This document shows positions 11,696 to 25,275 of a DNA stretch of 64,000 bases, one piece after another (position 1 is the first letter of the stretch; every line of letters starts with the position of its first letter). Made by a program: the position numbers and the translations under genes. The stretch covers positions 57,600,001 to 57,664,000 of the forward strand of contig NC_045697.1 in NCBI RefSeq assembly GCF_009834535.1, in the 5' to 3' direction. The notes under the pieces are model-generated. The model did not search any database and was not told the DNA's origin. It saw only the letters and a list, made by a program, of their open reading frames with translations. The stretch comes from Camelus ferus (lineage: Eukaryota).

Positions 11696-14199
11696 CCCAT
11701 GACATTTATGGGATTCAGAGCAAGAATAAAAATGGAACCCAAGTGCATACATCTAAGTATTTAGAAGTTACATGTACAGTTTTACTTACATCCTGGCTTG
11801 CTTCTCTGTAATTGGACCCATATGGGCCATTCTCAAGGATTTTCTTCTTGACAGAAAAACAAAGGAGCTGTCTTCTTTCTTTCCCTGGTCAAACCCCCTG
11901 CCTGTAGGCCAGACCGGTAGTAAGGACATGCTGAGACAGAGCAGCATAAAAGATGGCCTGGGCCCAGGACTCCTGGGATATAACTAGACCATTTTGAACC
12001 CAGATTAGAGACTGACAGTGTTAAAGGCCTCAGGGAATCAGGACAGAACTGGGTGGCTTAGACACACTGTCTAGGAACTTGAGTTTTTCCTCCTATTCAC
12101 TTGCTCACATGTTTTTAGTCTCATTGCATCTTCTGTCTTGGCAAGCAAAGTTCTCCTCAGAGGGTCTGCTCTAGTATCTCTCATTTTTCTATTTTAGTTG
12201 CAAATTTTCAAAAACTTCCTTAATGAAAAGAAAAATAATCACATATATATACACATACTATATATATATTTAAAGATATATATTTATTTTTATATAATAT
12301 ATGAACATTTATTTATATTTTTATTTCAGTATTAGTATATGTGAAACTCTCCATAGTACCCCTTTTCCTAGATCTGAGTGTCACGGTATTTGTCCTATCA
12401 CCATGTGGCTCCTGTGCTATTTCATTACCTCTGATCATAATTATTGCATGTGACCAATTACACTCCTAATTAGGTCATAAGGTATACTTCAGTCTAGGAA
12501 CACTAGACCATTTTCTAACAGAAATAAATATCCTTGAGGAAAAAAATAAAACAAAATGAGTTATTTTATCCCAGCAATACATACTCCTAAACATCCTCCC
12601 TGTCTCCTGAAGATAGCAAGAGAAAAAGAAATCACTAAATTGATATTAATTTATCAATTTATTTAAAAATGCAGAATGCCATTATTTGGACATTTCCCTG
12701 AAGGTACATTTGTGGAAACAGAACCATCTCAAAACTTTTGCAAATTACAGGCTTTATAAATAAGTATGAGCTATTCAGAAAGTGTTGGTTTTTTAATTCT
12801 CAATTTTCACTTTGATTTTTGAGAACGGTTATTTTCAGATGTTTCAGCTAAAGTACTGTTCTACATTGCAGCATGTAAGGTTATATGCCACTCATGTTGC
12901 ATTACAAAAGCGGAAATATCCGTTGAAAAGTATATTTTAAAGCTGGACTTAAAAGGCGTTATCATTTTAGAACATGGTCCAGCAAAAAACCTTTGAAGAT
13001 TTATCTTTTTGTGTGTCTGTTATTGGTAACTTAAAAGATGCTTTCACCTCTACCTCTCAGGCCCTTTTTACAAAAGAGCCAAAAATGGTTTGCAGTGAAA
13101 AGAAAAAAAGTGTCAGCAATTTGTTGTTATTGGAAATACATTAAACATTCAATTCTGGTTTCACCTCTTTATCAACAATTTAAGGACATTTGAAACAAAA
13201 AACAAAAATAGATTTGATTTTTTTCTTTTTCTGACATAAAATTTTTGTCATTTCAAGTGTTTCAAAATCACTCCAGGTCAATAAAATTTGGTAGTGTATA
13301 AATAAAGCACTTACCCTAAGAAATATACTGAAGCTTAAAGCACAAAGTACTTAAACTCAAATATCACTGGGCTCATCCACAATTTTTGCAAAACTGAGTA
13401 AAACTATTGCAATAAGTCTGTCACTTCTAACTCATAATTATATTACAGCCATATGAATTATGTTCTAGTGCAAACATATTGATTTTATAAACTATTCAAA
13501 ATAATAAAATATAATTATATGTACCAATGCAGGAAGTTCTCAGGACATACTGTTAAAGGAAAGAGGAAGTGTTCAAACTAACTTTTTTTGTAAAAATATA
13601 TTAATAATGCTTTAACATGCATTAACATTACTCCAAACAAAAATAGAAAGCATAAATAATTATGTTTTGCAAATGCAGAGACTGATTTTACTTTTTTCAA
13701 ATGACATAAAGATATGCTATAGAAAATAAATGTTAAATAATTACATTTGTAATTAACCAAAAGAAATATTACCATATGGCATCTATAATTTTTTAAATGA
13801 TTTAAAATTTTATGATTATATACTTTTTTGCTCCCCTATCGCAAAGTGTTAACTTTGTGACCTTATGGAGACACACTCCATTTGCCAAGCAAATTTGGGA
13901 ATATTCTCAGAATTCTTGGCAGTGAAACTAAAATGCTTTACTCACCAGATTCACATTTCAGGCTACATTAACTAAAAATGAACTCAGGCTAAAATAATGA
14001 TTATATAGGTTAACCCATTTGAGAGAAACTTCACTAATTTACACCTAATGAATAGCAAAGCAGGGTCAATTAGAACCATTGTTATATCATTAGAAAAGGA
14101 TTCCTCTTAATGCTGTTATAAGCACTATATTCATTTACTTACCATGAAAATCTATTCCCTAATCCTACAGTGGTAATTTCCAAGAAGTCATTACATCCA

Positions 14200-14442
14200 C
14201 CAGATAAGTGCTATATGCCTTGCTCATAATGTACTAAGGACTTTACATATGGTGTCTTACTTACTCTTCCCATATGCCTTAGGTCAGGACTGTTGTCCAC
14301 ATTTTAGGCAGGTATAGTACAGGCATAGAAAGGTCAGTTGATCTGTTTACAGTCACATGTCTAGAAAGAGATGAACCAGAAGTCTAGCACAGATCTGTCA
14401 TTTTGAACCCCATTTAGCCTTAACACCTCTACTATTTTGCCT
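14200..14442 (-). mobile_element. MIR SINE, near full length
   Basis: 'ggactttacatatggtgtcttacttactcttccc...cacattttaggcaggtatagtacaggcatagaaaggtcagttgatctg...gtcacatgtctagaaagagatgaaccaga'. Confidence 0.7.
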
Positions 14443-14909
14443 CTTTGTTCGGTTAACTACAGGAGCAAATTAACATAATGTGATTCAAGAACCCAAGTTA
14501 GATTTAAAGTAATGATCATCTCTATGCATCTGAATAAATAAAATAAAATTGTGTTAATATTTCTAAATTTAAAAATGTAAATTGCTGTTTCTTTGATACA
14601 TAAAAATTAAATCCATGTCTTTTAATATTATAATTAGTGTTAAACCCAATTATTTCCTGACAAGCATTCTAGCTTCAGGCTATGCTAAAATAGTAACTAC
14701 AGACTTCTATAATTAGAATTGAATTTGAATTCATATCACAGACACTTTTAGGCATACACCCCAAAGTTAGGCTTCAAAAATAGGAAGTATATCATAACTA
14801 GAACGATAGTATTTATCACAGTTGTGTTTTTGATGTTTCTACTTATACACACACACAAAAAAAACTACAAAAACAATTTGGCCTGTTTGATATTTTCCAT
14901 GTTTATAAA

Positions 14910-15020
14910 TTCACCTATCTCATAAGAGGATAATGAAAATTATATGAGACAATATATAAAGTATTTAACAATGTCTGGCATATAGGTTGTCCAATGAATG
15001 TAAGCTTTACTATTGCTATT
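14910..15020 (+). mobile_element. MIR 3' fragment
   Basis: 'cacctatctcataagagga...atatataaagtatttaacaatgtctggcatatag'. Confidence 0.65.
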
Positions 15021-15621
15021 GATGTTAATATATCTGTCACATAATCTTGGTGGTAAGGAGTGAAATAATAATGTTTTACTTTTTGTAGAGACTAAAGCAG
15101 AAATGAAATAACTATGTTTTTATAAGTCCTTGAGGATTTGAAATATTTCAATTGGGAACTGTTTTTGGTTAAAATAGCTAATCAATTTTAGGAGAAAATT
15201 AATTAAAATAAATATATACTCTCATTTTAATATAAGATTATTTTTCAAACAGAGTTTTGCATAGATACAGTTCCTCAGTCTGTCCATTTGCCATTTATAT
15301 TCTTGAAACAGGTGTGGGCTTGTTTTCATATTTTATAATTGTAAGTGCTTTCTAAACTAAATAGAACAAATTCCAGATGTTAATGTTACTCTGGATATAC
15401 ATGAAATGTAATTACAAATTTAGTTTGTAATTTTATAATGCTTTCAGTTTTTTATGTTGTCTACAATGGAGGTAAGAGGATTATCAGATAAGGTAAAAAT
15501 TAAAATTATTCCTTTTAGACATACTATACAAAAGGGCCAGCTAAGATCTGACTTAATTCAACTCTCTCTCCTATATATTGTGCATCCTTAGCATTTTAAA
15601 GTTATATTTGTTTATCTGTAA

Positions 15622-15903
15622 TCTACATTGCCCAAAATGGTAGCAACTAGTCTATTAAGCGTGTGAAATATGACTAGTTCAAATTGAGAGGTGCTATAAG
15701 TATAAAGTACTTTGATATGTACAGCAAAAAAAAGAATATCAAATACTCATTAATAACCTTCATATTAATTATATATTGATAGATTGGTTTAAATGAGATA
15801 TATCATAATTAATTTTACCTATTTTTAATGACTACTTAAAATTATAAATTATATATGAGGCTCACATTGTGAATCACATTACATTTTGATGGGGCAGCAT
15901 GGA
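15622..15903 (-). mobile_element. MER33 hAT-Charlie DNA transposon
   Basis: 'gaaatatgactagttcaaattgagaggtgctataagtataaa...taaattatatatgaggctcacatt' matches reverse MER33. Confidence 0.75.
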
Positions 15904-17349
15904 TCCATAGACTGTATATGTGTTTTATGTATATATATGTGCATATACACAATGACAAAGCTGTTTCATTTTTGTCCAATTATTATAAAGACTTTACAAA
16001 TTAGTTCATTTTGTTATATTTACTGAAAGGAATATGAATTCACTGCTGAAACTCAAGTGTTATGCGAGAAGAAAATGCTCATTATTCCCTCTAATCACAT
16101 CTATACCATCTTGCCTTACCATCTTTTTTCTAGAAATATATCAATATGGACTTTTTGAAATATTTTGATTATACTTTTCATAAGCTTCAAAACTTGATTG
16201 TTATTTATAAAACATACCCATTCTTAGTTTCTTTTAATTTTACAGTTTAACTGATGTTTATTAATTAGTTTTTCTCCTGATACGTAAGATTTATTAAGAA
16301 GTTACCGTATGTATGCTGTTCAGTGCTAGATGCCCAATAGGTAGTATAGTCTTGGGCACAAAAAAGATATGCAATCATAAGTTATATAAATAAATCAATA
16401 AAAAGGCATCATTATATATATATTTCTGCAGAATTATTTTACTGTCTGAATCATATTCTCTATTGTAACTTATTTAACTACTGCTATATAGTTTTAAAAT
16501 AATATATTTATATTGATAACTTTGTGATATTTATTCTTTAAGCATGTTTTTCTACTCAGATACTTTGAATATTCCTACTTATCTAAGATGAATTGGTATT
16601 AACTTGAGAGAATCAGAGGTAAAATAGCAAAAAGATGATTATTAGCAGATTTTTCTTCCATAAAATAGAATTAATTTACATTGCTGGTACTGGCCCATAG
16701 TCTCATATGTTCACCAAATTTAAGATGTAAAGGAGATAAACAGATGAAGAGATATATATAGAGAGAAGAAGAGACTCCATAAATTTGAGAATTTTATAAA
16801 AAATAATTTTATTTCAATGTGTATGTTTCAAATTATATGTGAACTGAACATTTTTGCAAGTGTTTGTAAATCAATTCTCTTTTTCTATAGAAATTTGGAC
16901 CTGAGTTTTATATCTTGAGAATAATGAGAAAAATATATATACAGTCAGTATCACAGACAATTCAAACTCAATATGACCATATTAGAATCATTATCTTTCG
17001 ACTGGGGTTTTCTGAACTCTTGTAGCTCCACAAATGTAAACTTGGGTTATGATCAGCAAGTTTTATGTAACATACTTGAAATTTAAATTTTTATTTCCAT
17101 GATAAATTTTTTAAAAATTAGTAAATGTTACTAAAATAGTGATAGGCTAGTAACCTTAACAGGTAGTTCTCCCAATTGTAACTTTGTAGACAAGACTAGC
17201 ACTCAGTTTTAATGTCTTTGTTAAAGTTTAGGATGTCTTTGCTGCTAAGTATAAATCTATAATAACAAGTAAACATTCACTAAGTGTATATGACTCTCCT
17301 ACTTTGGCATAGCTTAATGTACAGTGACATCATTTCATGTAATCTCATT

Positions 17350-17470
17350 TTATGTAAACTCTGTAAGTACAGAGATTTTTGTAGTTTTTTTTCTGTCAGA
17401 TATATCTAAAACATCTTGAATAGTACCTGGCATTTATGAGACATCCAATATGTTACTTTTGAATAATCAT
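17350..17470 (+). mobile_element. L2 3' end
   Basis: 'tgtaaactctgtaagtacagagattttt...gaatagtacctggcattta'. Confidence 0.6.
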
Positions 17471-18377
17471 CAATGATCATTCTTCTCTATCAAGGTTTTT
17501 ATTTTATAATAATAAATTGCAATTTAAATACATTTTTATACAATAAAACTTGTGTTTCTTTTTTAAATAATTCATTTAAATATTAAAATGTGTCATTTGT
17601 CATTATAAAGTAGTACAGCAATTCATATTTAATTGTGCCCACATGTTACTAAATAGTGATATAACATAAAAACAATTCATTTGCATCAAATGAACTGTAT
17701 GAGAAAATCTCTTTAAAGTAGTTTAAAAGGAGAAATGTGTTGGGAGAGGTGAATCATTACACTACGTGTTGTCTGAAAGATAGTTCAGACTCAAGAGAAC
17801 CAAGGACCTCTGGTCAAGACCAAAATCACATTGTAGTAGATGTATTATAGTGATGCTAATGTTTAATATTCTGTCTGCTGACATAGTGGTAAATATGCTA
17901 TGAAGTTTTTTATAAATGTAGATTAAATTTCACAACACTATATTTGGAGGTAAACAGTAAAAGTAATTAGAGCATAAAAATAATGACTGATTCACTTTTT
18001 TCAATATGATGTAATATTTCACAGTAAGTTAATCTTTTAATTTTACTAATACTTCTGTTTATAATTGTGATTTTTAATTTGGAATTAAATTTTGTAAGTG
18101 GAATTTAAACCTGGATTATTTTAATAGACAGTATATTCATTTGTATTAAAATAAATATTCAACATGGGAGTTCATGAGAACTTTACCTTTACAGAGGATC
18201 TGCAGGTGACTCAAATTCAGTGTAGTGCAATGACTGTAAGTTTGTAATTAGACAGATCCACTATTAAAAGATAACTGATTGAAATTTGGTATGTTTTTGC
18301 TACATTATTTTGTTGTTTTTTTTTTAACACCACAATGAAATTACCTAAATCAGGTAATGAATATGGAATATAACAGA

Positions 18378-19325
18378 TGTAAGATATAGTAAGATAATAG
18401 AAAATATATATTGGTCTCTGCCTCCAGTTCCTGGCACATAGCTCCTAAAACCCTTGTAATTGCCTAAGTGATAAGAGCACTAGAAACTTTTTTTGTTCTA
18501 AATTTTGGTCTCTTACAGCATTCCTGACACAGGGCTCATGAAACCTTGTAATTTCCCGGGTGATAGAATGGTTTTTTGTTCTAATAAAGTGACTCTGGGA
18601 GGACTTCTTGATGTCTCCTGAGTGGGGGCTGGTCACTAGAAAGACCAAGCCATGATTAGAAGCTCAGAATTTTTAGCCCCCAATCTCGTTTTCCAGAGAG
18701 GGTAGAGGGGCTAGAAATGAAGATAATGATTGATCATGCCTATATGAGAAAGCCTCCATAAAATACCAATAGTATGGAATTTGGTGAGCTTCCAGGTGGG
18801 TAAACACATCCACGTACTTGAGGGGTGGGTGATGTACCCCAATTCCATGGGAGCAGAAGCTCCTGTGTTTAGGATCCTCCCAGACCTCACCCTATGTATC
18901 TCTTAATCTGCCTGTCCATCTGTATTCTTTGTTATATCCTTTAATAAACTGGTAACTTAAGTGCTTCCCTGAGTTCTATAGGCCACTTTAGCAAATTAAT
19001 CAAATCCGAGGAGCAGGTCCTAGGAACCATTGATTTGAAGCCAGGTAGGACAGAATTTGTGGGTGGCCTGAGGACCTACAGTTTTCAGTTGGCATTTGAA
19101 GTAGGAGCAGTCAGCTGGGCCCTTAACCCGTGGGATCTGACACTATCTCTAGGTAGAAAAGGCTAGAATTGACCTGTATCATAAGGCACCCAGCTGGTGT
19201 CTCAGAGAATTGTTTGGTGTGAGGAAATTCTCCACACATTTGGTTACCGAAAGTATCAAAAGTGATATGTTCTATGTAAGTAGTAAAGGACATACACAGG
19301 TGGAAAACTGAGTTTTTCCAACTCA
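18378..19325 (+). mobile_element. MER21-family (MER21B/C-like) ERVL solo LTR, apparently full length
   Basis: TG...CA ends; 'ggggctggtcactagaaagaccaagccatgattagaagctcagaatttttagcccc' and 'cctcccagacctcaccctatgtatctctt'; AATAAA at 18943-18948. Confidence 0.85.
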
Positions 19326-19414
19326 GGTATATAAAGCACCTGAAGCATATTAGTATTTATTAAATTCTGTTGCTTCCACAGTCATTATAATATTGTGAGA
19401 TTGTCTTCTTCATG

Positions 19415-19575
19415 GGTCAGTGGTGAACATTGCAGATTAAGAACACAGATTAAATAAAGGTCATTTAATCTCTCTGTTCCCTTGGTTTTTCATCTTTTAT
19501 AAAGATTAAATAAAGTAATTCATATGGTTGGCTGAGATTAGTGTCTGACATAGAACAAGCATATATAAATGAGAT
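19415..19575 (+). mobile_element. MIR fragment
   Basis: 'ggtcatttaatctctctgttcccttggtttttcatct...tagtgtctgacataga'. Confidence 0.55.
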
Positions 19576-19663
19576 ATAATTTTTAAAATTTCTTTTAAAG
19601 TATTTTGTATTATGTTCAACAAATTTTGAATTCTATTGTATTTAGTCAAATGGTATTAAATAG

Positions 19664-20080
19664 TGTTATTGGTTGAATTGGGCCCTGAAAAATTCATATG
19701 CTGAAATTCTAACCCCCAGTACCTCAGAATGTGATCTTATTTGGAAATCAAGTCATTGTTAATGTAGTTAGTTAAGATGAATTCATACTAGAGTGATGTG
19801 GGCTCATAGTCCAACTTTTTTGGTGTTCTAGTAAAAAGAATGCCGTGTGAAGATACAGACATATTCAAGAGAACACCACGTGAAGGTTGAAGTTATACTG
19901 CCAGTAGCTAGGAGAGAGTCCTGGAATAGATCTTTCTCTGCTACCTTCTGAGGGAGCATAATCCCACTGAGACCTTAGTTTTTAACTTCTGGCCTCCAGA
20001 CTGTGAGATAATGAATTTCTGTTACCCAAAGCCACTGAGTTTGTAGCATTCTGTTATGGCAGCATAGGCAAACCGATAGA
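19664..20080 (+). mobile_element. MaLR solo LTR (MLT1B-like)
   Basis: Starts 'tgttattggttgaattg...aattcatatgctgaaattctaacccccagtacctcagaatgtga'; ends 'ttctggcctccagactgtgagataatgaatttctgtt...gttatggcagcataggcaaac'. Confidence 0.9.
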
Positions 20081-20194
20081 GTTAAATTTACTATTTTGTG
20101 TCATACTTAGGAAGCACAAAGATGAAGAGTACATGGTCCCCAAATAATCAGTAAACAGCTTATACAATGATGTTTGATAGGTAAAATGAAGCAT

Positions 20195-20635
20195 GTGGGT
20201 CTTAGGTGAGGTTCTCTGATAAGCACACTATAAGCTGGACATCCAGGTGCATGTGATTTATTTAGGAAGAACTTGCAGGAGGAGCCAGAAAGAGTGTGGG
20301 GAAGAAATTTAGCAAGGGTTGGGTTCAAGTTAAAGTCCCAGAAGCAACCTAATCTCAGGAGGAGTGCTGAAGTTTATGTCTCAACTAAAGTCAAGAGCTG
20401 GGCTTTCGTACTCCCACAACAGTCATAGACCACTGGTCACCCGGAATGTGGGGAAGATAATGCAACAGTGCAAGGACAGAGAACCAGACACTTGCAGCCT
20501 TCTCTGGAGCAGCAAAATGGTGCCACGCCAAAGGACAAAACTCTGAAGGTTGCAGATGCTTCTTAGGTGGGGGTGGGATGGCACACACAGCTGGAGTGGA
20601 TCTGGATGGGGCTTGAGGGCCTGATACTCTACACA
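20195..20635 (-). mobile_element. Old ERVL-class solo LTR (LTR16/LTR33/LTR41 group; subfamily unassigned)
   Basis: 'tgtgggtcttaggtgaggttctctgataagcacactataagctggac...tgcatgtgatttatttagg' is the reverse of this group's 3' end; GC-richer block. Confidence 0.55.
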
Positions 20636-22555
20636 AGATTTTGTGGGAAATCTTATGAGGGGCATTACATTAACTTTAGGAGGTTGAAGAAAGCTTTTCT
20701 GGTGTGAGAGTCTTTTTTTTTTTTTTTTTTTTATTGAGTGTTGAGGTATATGTACATGTGAACCAGCTGAATGTCAACTTCATGATCTTACTTCCATTCT
20801 ACATTCTATTTACTATTATATTCCTTGGGCATTGACCTTGTGTTTGATTTAATAATGTTTTTCATAGTGTCCAGAAGAGTGTACTCAAATGTGTGTGAAA
20901 AGATTGAATGTCAAGCCTTTTATTTTCATCAGCCTCATTCTTCTTTTCTTTGTCTATCAGTCACTTCTCTTCTAAAGCAAACTTTATTTTTAAACCTATT
21001 CCAAGATATTTGCATCTTCATGAAGCTATTTTTGACAATCTACTTCTGTTACATTGTCACTCTGGCATCAAACAACATAACAATTTTATCAAAATATGTA
21101 AACCCTATTTTAAACCCATATTCTAGATGTGTTGTTATAATTAATTTATAATTATATTTGCTTATACATATATACATAAAATATGTTATAATCTTAAACT
21201 TTAGAGACTACATTGAGAAGAGGACTTTCACCTGTATCTTAAACTTGATGTTAATAACATGTCAATCACTAGAAGCAAGGAAATGTTATTTAACCCAGAT
21301 ATACTTTTTAATTGATTCAAGTCATTTAGAGGAAAAAAATACCAAAAGGAAATATTGGAAGCTATAAATGATAACAAGTACAGATTAAATGTAAACCATA
21401 AATATGAAAAGTTTATTTGGAAAATGCTTTCTAGAAATCCATTTTATATTAATAGAACAACTGTTTAATTAACTTTCTGATTATCTGAGAAATTCTTTGT
21501 AAAATCTGAATGAAGTTTTCAAATATTTAACACAACAATATTAGTCATGGGAGAACAGTTATACTATATAAAAATCTTCTCTAAATAGTAGTCCATTTAC
21601 TTGGTAGATTTTCTGGTTATTTTTCCTTTGAGATTATCAATGTTTTTGTAAGATCTAGAATTACATGTAAATGAATATGGATCAAAAGTAAAATTTCACC
21701 TTAGACAACAATACATCTAGTAAAAAATTAAAACAGTGGCTAAGACAGGTGATATCAAAGGAGACAACATCTTTGGAAACAAAGAAAATAGAATTACAGA
21801 GAACTACTAGTCTGAAGACCAAAATTTATAAAGACAGAATATATAGAACACAAAGAAATACAATTGATGCTTTTAATGAAAAGATGCAGTACAAGTTTCA
21901 TACAGTACAAGTTCACTGGTAACTAATGACTCAAAGGGAAAATAATTAATCAACTCTAAAAACAAAACACCTATTTAAGTAAGTATAAAAAAGTTTTGTA
22001 CATTCTTTTCTAATTTATTATTAAATGTAGTGCATTAAAATATCTTGTGGCAGTTGCACATATATCTACAAATATATTGTAAAACTAAGTTGTAAAACTA
22101 AAAATTATTCTAGCTACTTTTATATTTAAAGCTTTTGTCATTTATCAAATGTTAGCTGACAAGTTGTATAAAAGTCATGTGTTAATTAATTATTTCTACC
22201 TGAGTGGTTTGTCTTTTACAATAATGTCTGAGACTAAATACTAGATAATTCCACTTCAGTTGGGGGAGTAATTTGTTTGATCTTGACATCAAATTTTTCA
22301 GTACAGTTTGTGAGTTAATTTTAAGAGAATAAAAGGGTTTAGATAACAAACAGCCAGAAGAAATGCCTGGGTATGAGATAAAATTACGGACATAAATTGT
22401 CCATTTCTTATACCTAAAAATAGAAGAAATATGGAAATTTAAAATTTATTGCCTAAATACACAAGGAAATTTACTAATCTATCATTTTAGGATTTTTACA
22501 TGTTTAATTGGGATAAATTGGAAATAAAATAATAAAACTGTAATAATGAGACATA

Positions 22556-23095
22556 TGTGTAGGCTGTTAGCACAACTGACACCATCTTAGGCCCATTCAG
22601 TTCCTACTGTCCTTTCACTGACCCTACCTAGGGTTGTGCTGTGTAGTAAATCTCTTCTCTGTCGTCAAGGGCTTTGTAGTTAATATTATTTGATGATAGT
22701 TAGTTCCAGATGGCCTCTTTGCTCTGTTAGTCTCCAAACAATGGTGAGACCTTCTCTGATGTATTCCTGGCTCCCATGAGTTGAATTACCCATTTATAAA
22801 TATTGACTTAGGAATGCATTTCCTGTTTGTAAGCATGTACCCCCCCACACCCTAGGTTAACTATAAAATTGTCCCGGTAGCCCCTCAGTGGTGCAGAATG
22901 CAGCTGTGGATGCTTCTCGATTGTTGTCCACCCCCACCCCCATCCTGCCCTGTGAGTATATTACCCTATCGTAAATGGATCCATCAATTATGTAGAGCTG
23001 CCTGACTTGTTTTCCAGTCTCAATATACTTTCTCAGTTCAGTGGGCACTTTTTGTTTCCGCCATCCTCCAAGATGTATGATTTTGTAGGTCCCAG
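22556..23095 (+). mobile_element. Probable ERV solo LTR (family unassigned)
   Basis: About 540-bp GC-richer island beginning 'tgtgtaggctg...caccatcttaggccc', with LTR-like composition. Confidence 0.4.
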
Positions 23096-23141
23096 TAATG
23101 AAACTCTAAATTATAGTGTTAATTTGGAATTCATTTCTCCA

Positions 23142-23620
23142 TCATTCATTTAATTGTGAATATTTTTCAAAAATATTTATTAGGCAACTACTTTTTCTGG
23201 GAATTTTGCAAGACCTGGGGTATACAATGTTGAAAAAGTATATTCTTGATTTCCAGAAGCATAGGGAAGAATGTAATAGTTGCAGGTAAATGCTATATTG
23301 AATCCCAAGTTTGTGATGAAATACTGAGTAGAACATGTGGAAACACATTAATAAAGTCATTTAACCAGTCTTCCTAAAGAGAAGTTTCATGTGAAGTGAT
23401 TGCTGAGTAAAAGTCAGCAAGACCTAAGTAGGAAAGTATTCGGGTATGTTTTAGGAGGGAAACAGGTTACTGGGGAAACACCAAACAGTCTGGTATGTAG
23501 AGACCTCAAGAAAGAATACAGTTTATCAATTAAGGGAAAGAAGAGATTCGTCATGAAGACTGGTCTTTTTTGACTACAGGATTTAGATGTTATCTGAGGC
23601 TTTAGTGTTTGTGCTTTAGA
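23142..23620 (-). mobile_element. L2 3' region
   Basis: 'cattcattt...aaaatatttattaggcaactac...ctggggtatacaatgttgaaaaag' is the reverse L2 tail. Confidence 0.6.
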
Positions 23621-24794
23621 AGTAGTTGCTGATCATCAAACCCTTAACAATGTTAAACCAGAGAAATGCTAAGCCAGTTTTTCAATGGCTGAAAAAAACT
23701 TACATGTTGTCAAGCATATGTTTAGGTTTTTCTTTTTAATAAGATTTATATTTGGCCAAGTATTGACAATGATTTCTTCATTTTTTAAAATTATATGATA
23801 AGCTTCAGAGAACAGGGTTTTTATTAGATTTTTGTTTAGTGCCTTACCCAGTAGCACACATATATATCATTAGCTTAGTTTTTAAAATTTAATTAAATCA
23901 TGAGGTGACTGACATAGAGCAGCTTATTCAAGTCAATGCTGTGTCACTCTACTAAAGCCCAGTCATGTCTCCTACAAATTCATACAAAGAAGTACACAGA
24001 AAGACCTTCAAGTCATGTACTTCTGAGTATGAGTCATATTTCTTAATGAATATCGGCATATTGGCTAATTGCTGCATACAGTCCTAAGAATTTTTAAGTC
24101 CAGTCTTCAGAAATAAGCAGAATTCAGTGCCTGAGCTATCAACAAACAATAAGCAGAGCCCTGTCAAGCTGACTACGTTTCCTCCCAGTTCCAAACTGGG
24201 AACAATGTGGAATTATTTTATATAACACATATTTTTATTTGTTAAATACTGTATCAAAATTTAACATACAGTATAAAAATGTTGTTCTTTCACGCTCAAA
24301 TAATTTTATTTCATAGTTTTCAGAAATCTAAAATAAAAATTTTAAAGAGTGCCTTATGTAGGTGTTGGACTCCCTTAACTGCTTTATCAAATAAGCTAGG
24401 TGTAGTTACGAAGAAATGAGGTATTTCTGTGCTTCTGAAGTACTTTACATTGAGCATAGAGTTTTCAGTCATTGAAGCCTTTTGTAAACTAATGAGCAGC
24501 TCTGACTTCCCACTAAAAAGTCTCTTGCTTCCTCTGCAAATTGTATTTGAAACTAGATGAGTTATTTTAAAATAGTTTTGTCTTGCTAATCATTTTTTAC
24601 CCTGTATAGAATGGGTGGTGATTTCATAATCTATAAATCTTAAATGAATATTTGAACAAAGAGCACAGATTATTTTTCCTTTGATTACCAGCAGCTTTGC
24701 ATCCAAACTTGTTTGTGCAATCTACCTCAAATATGTGAAAGAAATCATTTGTAATTGAATGACTTAAGAAAGAGTATATGTCTCAATATAAAAT

Positions 24795-25010
24795 AGCAAA
24801 ATCACTGCAATTGCTTAGGGATGGGGGTGGGGGGGATAAGAGAAGTAATAAAGGATGTAGGATTTCTTTTTGGGTTGATGAAAATGTTCTAAAATTGATC
24901 ATGATGATGATACAGGTATCTGTGAATGTTCTAAAAATCATTGAATTGTACACTTTAAATGGATGAGTTTTATGGTATATAGATTATATTTCAAAAAAGC
25001 AGTTAAAAAA
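24795..25010 (+). mobile_element. Old L1M (L1MB/L1ME-like) 3' end
   Basis: 'gatttctttttgggttgatgaaaatgttctaaaattga...cattgaattgtacactttaaatggatgagttttatggtatat...aaagcagttaaaaaa'. Confidence 0.85.
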
Positions 25011-25024
25011 TTCCAACCTACTCT

Positions 25025-25275
25025 TCCTGACTTTGAAGGTGGAGGAAGGGGCCATGAGTAAAGAACGGTGAATAGTCTTTAATGGGTACGAAAGACAAGG
25101 GAACAGATTCTCCACTAGGGCCACCAGAGACCTAGACCCACCTTGCCAACACTTTGATTTCAACCCAGTGAGCGTTATTGTTGACTACTGACTTACAGAA
25201 CAGTTAAGATAACAAATTTGTGTTGTTGTAAGCCCTTAAGTTTGTGGCTTAAACAAGCAACTAAAAATGACTACA
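25025..25275 (+). mobile_element. MaLR LTR 3' half (MLT1D-like)
   Basis: 'ctttgaaggtggaggaaggggccatgag...aacagattctccactagggccaccaga...aaatttgtgttgttgtaagcc'. Confidence 0.8.

Noticed and set aside
15410..15432. 9-bp inverted repeat aattacaaa/tttgtaatt
   Set aside because: Expected by chance at this AT content.
20107..20665. Cluster of four overlapping ORFs
   Set aside because: Explained by the higher GC content of an LTR remnant; no coding signature.
20825..21367. Hydrophobic, membrane-protein-like ORFs (typical of many in the track)
   Set aside because: F/L/I/Y bias follows from T-rich DNA; many start at non-ATG codons and lack splice context or homology I can recognise.
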